Below are positions 36,732 through 39,014 of a DNA stretch of 39,014 nt, piece after piece. This stretch comes from a virus. Its lineage: Duplodnaviria; Heunggongvirae; Uroviricota; Caudoviricetes. The DNA lies in the IMG/VR virus record IMGVR_UViG_2703718823_000011. One strand, written 5' to 3'. The notes under the pieces were generated by a model. That model was not told the origin of the DNA. It saw nothing but the letters and a program-made list of their open reading frames with translations, and did no database searches. Made by a program: the position numbers and the translations under genes. Every line of letters starts with the position of its first letter. Positions within the stretch are counted from its first letter, which is position 1.

Positions 36732-36911
36732 ATGCCAATACTACATACATTTATGCTTTATTTTTGCACGTGTGTGTGTCTACTTTATCTCCTCAGCGGA
36801 GGTTACAAAATTATCCGAAATTATTTTCGAAATAAAATTGATGCAGCCGCAGAGGAAAAGATAAAAAGCGGTGCTGTAATGCCGCAGCCGAAAGACTCCG
36901 GTCAGATTTAA
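36732..36911 (+). CDS. Small hydrophobic protein (cargo island)
   Basis: About 59 aa from ATG 36732 (track GTG 36726); N-terminal hydrophobic segment PILHTFMLYFCTCVCLLYLL. Confidence 0.45.
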   Translation: MPILHTFMLYFCTCVCLLYLLSGGYKIIRNYFRNKIDAAAEEKIKSGAVMPQPKDSGQI

Positions 36912-36946
36912 TTTTTTGTGAACCAGAAAAGGAAAGGAGAATATTC

Positions 36947-37192
36947 ATGCCAGAGATTAAAGGCACGGTTACTGAAGAGCTTGTCAAACAGGCACTTTAT
37001 TCTGAAGAAGTGAACCGCGTGCTGAAGGCGCAGGTTCGCAAGGATTTTGAGGCACAAATCGACGCATATGTTGATGAAGTGCTGGCCCGAATGGTTGGCC
37101 ATTCTCCGGCTGAAAACAGCACGGAGAATGAGCCTCAGCCCGTAGAGCAACCAGAGCCGGTTCAGCCCGGAACTGACAGTGCCATGATGTAA
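36947..37192 (+). CDS. Small acidic hypothetical protein (cargo island)
   Basis: 81 aa; strong ribosome-binding site AAAGGAAAGGAGA. Confidence 0.5.
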   Translation: MPEIKGTVTEELVKQALYSEEVNRVLKAQVRKDFEAQIDAYVDEVLARMVGHSPAENSTENEPQPVEQPEPVQPGTDSAMM

Positions 37193-37266
37193 CAATACAA
37201 ACCGACAGCTTCTCCTGTCGGTTTGATTTTCATGGGCGATGTATATACCAGTCAGAGGAAATAATC

Positions 37267-37467
37267 ATGGACAAGAACAAAAAGCAGCCCGATACCAAAG
37301 GTCTGGAAATATTAAGCGCAGAAATTATCAATGCGCTACGTTCAGGACTTGATGAAAATACATTACAGGATCGAAACTTCACCACTGCAATGTGGATAGC
37401 GATGCAGATCCTGTGTACCCCAAGATGCGCTATTTTTGCGGTTCGTGAGGGTCAGTTGACTCGCTGA
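37267..37467 (+). CDS. Small hypothetical protein (cargo island)
   Basis: 66 aa; ribosome-binding site GAGGAAATAATC-ATG. Confidence 0.45.
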   Translation: MDKNKKQPDTKGLEILSAEIINALRSGLDENTLQDRNFTTAMWIAMQILCTPRCAIFAVREGQLTR

Positions 37468-37636
37468 TTGCCCGAATTACATCAGAAAAGCACGCGTTCC
37501 ATAATTGCATAGCTGATGAATCACCAGCTGTATGAAAAGAGGTAAAGACACAACTGGTGGATGTCATTGCTGCAATTGTGATATCAGCTGCAATTCGCGC
37601 AGCCTGTAACTTTTGGTCGGTGGTCAGTTTATCCAT
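37430..37636 (-). CDS. Small hypothetical protein, convergent with and overlapping 37267-37467
   Basis: About 68 aa from ATG at 37634-37636 (MDKLTTDQ...) with AGGAG 4 nt upstream; track ORF extends to 37660; 3' ends overlap by 38 bp. Confidence 0.4.
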   Translation of the reverse strand: MDKLTTDQKLQAARIAADITIAAMTSTSCVFTSFHTAGDSSAMQLWNACFSDVIRAISESTDPHEPQK

Positions 37637-37710
37637 TTTCTCCTGCCTGAACAGATGCATCTCTGCTTTACAGGAGGCCGGGGAATATCATAGGATACAC
37701 CACGAGCTCA

Positions 37711-37870
37711 GAGTGAAGCATTGATGCAGTTTTTTACAGATTGACCCAGAATAGTTCGCGCTATCTGAGTCGCCATTTATGTAGTCCCGAAGTAAAGCAT
37801 TGATGCAAACTTGTCTAAATCGGCCCAGCATAGTTCCAGCTATGCTGGGTTTCCCTTTTATGTAGTATCC
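37711..37870. repeat. Tandem direct repeat, 2 x ~80 bp, about 70 percent identical
   Basis: Copy 1 37711-37790, copy 2 37791-37870; shared blocks AAGCATTGATGCA, CCCAG.ATAGTTC, TTTATGTAGT. Confidence 0.6.
37824..37865 (+). terminator. Terminator-like hairpin within repeat copy 2
   Basis: CCCAGCATAG-ttccag-CTATGCTGGG (perfect 10 bp stem) followed by TTTCCCTTTTATG; the equivalent in copy 1 is degenerate. Confidence 0.5.
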
Positions 37871-37911
37871 TGTTGATTTGAAACATACTACATATACGCG
37901 CGATCCTACCT

Positions 37912-37951
37912 TCACTGGATAAAAAGTCAATAAAATGATCATTTTATGATC
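37912..37951. promoter_or_regulatory. Cluster of three GATC (Dam) sites upstream of com/mom
   Basis: GATC at 37912, 37937 and 37948 within 40 bp; two further GATC at 38059 and 38072. Confidence 0.45.
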
Positions 37952-38054
37952 GTTTTCACCGCCTAACTCTTCGTTTTCTTTAAGTAAATAATCACCGCCC
38001 TGAATCATTGTTGATGACTTTTCAATCTATTTGTTGTATCAATTAAACAAATCG

Positions 38055-38079
38055 AATCGATCGTTTTTGTCGATCGATT
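38055..38079. promoter_or_regulatory. Perfect 9 bp inverted repeat AATCGATCG-N7-CGATCGATT upstream of com
   Basis: Arms at 38055-38063 and 38071-38079, each containing a GATC; 44 bp upstream of the com ATG. Confidence 0.4.
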
Positions 38080-38122
38080 GCATGAGAAAGGCATCAACAA
38101 CAAAGCAGGAGGTTATGCGGCC

Positions 38123-38323
38123 ATGTATCGAAACATACGGTGCCGACACTGCAATAAGCTACTGGCACGGGCCAGTTTCAGTTATCTGGAAGTAAAATGT
38201 CCGCGCTGTAAAACCCTCAATCAAATCACATCTCCGAGCGCCACAGAGCACCCCACATACACAAGGAAATCCTGTCGTGGGGAACAGAAAGCAAGTCACA
38301 TCCCGTATCATCAGCACGCCTGA
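38123..38323 (+). CDS. com: Com zinc-finger translational activator of mom
   Basis: [30 protein letters not shown]... matches Mu Com (M.SIRC.NCNKLL...SF...E.RCPRCK); AGGAGG upstream; track start 38078 is TTG. Confidence 0.85.
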   Translation: MYRNIRCRHCNKLLARASFSYLEVKCPRCKTLNQITSPSATEHPTYTRKSCRGEQKASHIPYHQHA

Positions 38324-39014
38324 ACTTATTCGCTATAACGACAATATCGTTGGTTATGGTTCCCGTGAGTTGCGGGTTGAGACAATAAGTTGCTGGCTGG
38401 CCAGACTGGTTATCGTCAATAAACATTACAGCCACCGTTTCGTAAATAACTCCTACCTTCATCTGGGCATATTTTCAGAACGGGAACTTGTTGGCGTAAT
38501 GCAATGGGGTTACGCCCTTAACCCAAACAGTGGTGCACGCGTCGTAACGGGTACGCAGAACCGAGAATATATGGAGCTGAACCGGCTATGGATGCATGAC
38601 TGTATGCCGAGAAATTCCGAATCAAGGGCAATCAGTTACGCGCTCAAGCTAATCAGGCAGCTTTATCCGCAGGTACAGTGGGTTCAGTCGTTTGCAGATG
38701 AGCGTTGTGGCTGTCTTGGTGTCGTGTATCAGGCAAGCAATTTTGATTATGTAGGCAGCCATGAAACAATATTCTATGAACTTGATGGCGAGTGGTATCA
38801 CGAGATTTGCAGGAATGCCATTAAACGAGGCGGACAACGAGGTGAACATCTGAGGGCTAATATCGACAGAGCCAGTGTGCATAAGTTCCGACAGTTTCGT
38901 TACATCCGGTTTCTGAACAAGAGGGCCAGAAAACGCCTCAACACAAAGCTATTCAAAGTCCAGCCTTACCCAAAACCACAAACAGTTAAAACTGGTTTGA
39001 AAGAGAGTGAATGA
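38277..39014 (+). CDS. mom: Mom-like DNA modification protein
   Basis: 245 aa ORF starting (GTG) inside the 3' end of com as in Mu com/mom; size close to Mu Mom (about 231 aa); Dam-site cluster upstream; stop is the last codon of the window. Confidence 0.7.
   Translation: MGNRKQVTSRIISTPELIRYNDNIVGYGSRELRVETISCWLARLVIVNKHYSHRFVNNSYLHLGIFSERELVGVMQWGYALNPNSGARVVTGTQNREYMELNRLWMHDCMPRNSESRAISYALKLIRQLYPQVQWVQSFADERCGCLGVVYQASNFDYVGSHETIFYELDGEWYHEICRNAIKRGGQRGEHLRANIDRASVHKFRQFRYIRFLNKRARKRLNTKLFKVQPYPKPQTVKTGLKESE

Noticed and set aside
1-39014. Phage ends (attL/attR with TG...CA termini and terminal MuA binding sites) and flanking target-site duplication
   Set aside because: The window begins at the repressor stop codon and ends at the mom stop codon, so both ends and the host junctions lie outside; nothing inside matches a terminus.
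1-39014. CRISPR arrays, rRNA genes, integrase or IS elements
   Set aside because: No regularly spaced short repeats with spacers, no rRNA-like conserved blocks, and no tyrosine-integrase or IS transposase ORF apart from the Mu-type A/B and the Gin invertase.

Overview
This 39 kb window reads as the interior of a Mu-like transposable prophage, almost all on the + strand; both phage ends lie outside the window. Gene order: repressor (minus strand), operator region, ner, transposase A, ATPase B, an early accessory block including gam and gemA, a Mor/C-type activator, SAR endolysin and spanins, terminase/portal/head genes, sheath/tube/chaperone/tape measure/baseplate genes, a Gin-type invertible tail-fibre segment with gin, then com/mom at the right edge. 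Content that departs from the canonical Mu layout: (1) a cargo island between gin and com/mom encoding a SASA/SGNH-type carbohydrate esterase plus four small ORFs and a tandem 80 bp repeat; (2) an AT-rich opposite-strand moron between gemA and mor, flanked by a duplicated terminator hairpin; (3) a tRNA-like element on the minus strand directly after the F-like head gene; (4) an in-frame amber codon splitting a conserved head-module gene; (5) an invertible segment with two alternative fibre tips but only one assembly chaperone; (6) a G-run consistent with a -2 frameshift in the tail chaperone. No CRISPR array or rRNA was seen. All homology statements come from reading the translations and from recall of Mu proteins, not from searches; the six-frame track treats GTG/TTG as Met, so several starts were moved to the nearest ATG with a ribosome-binding site.
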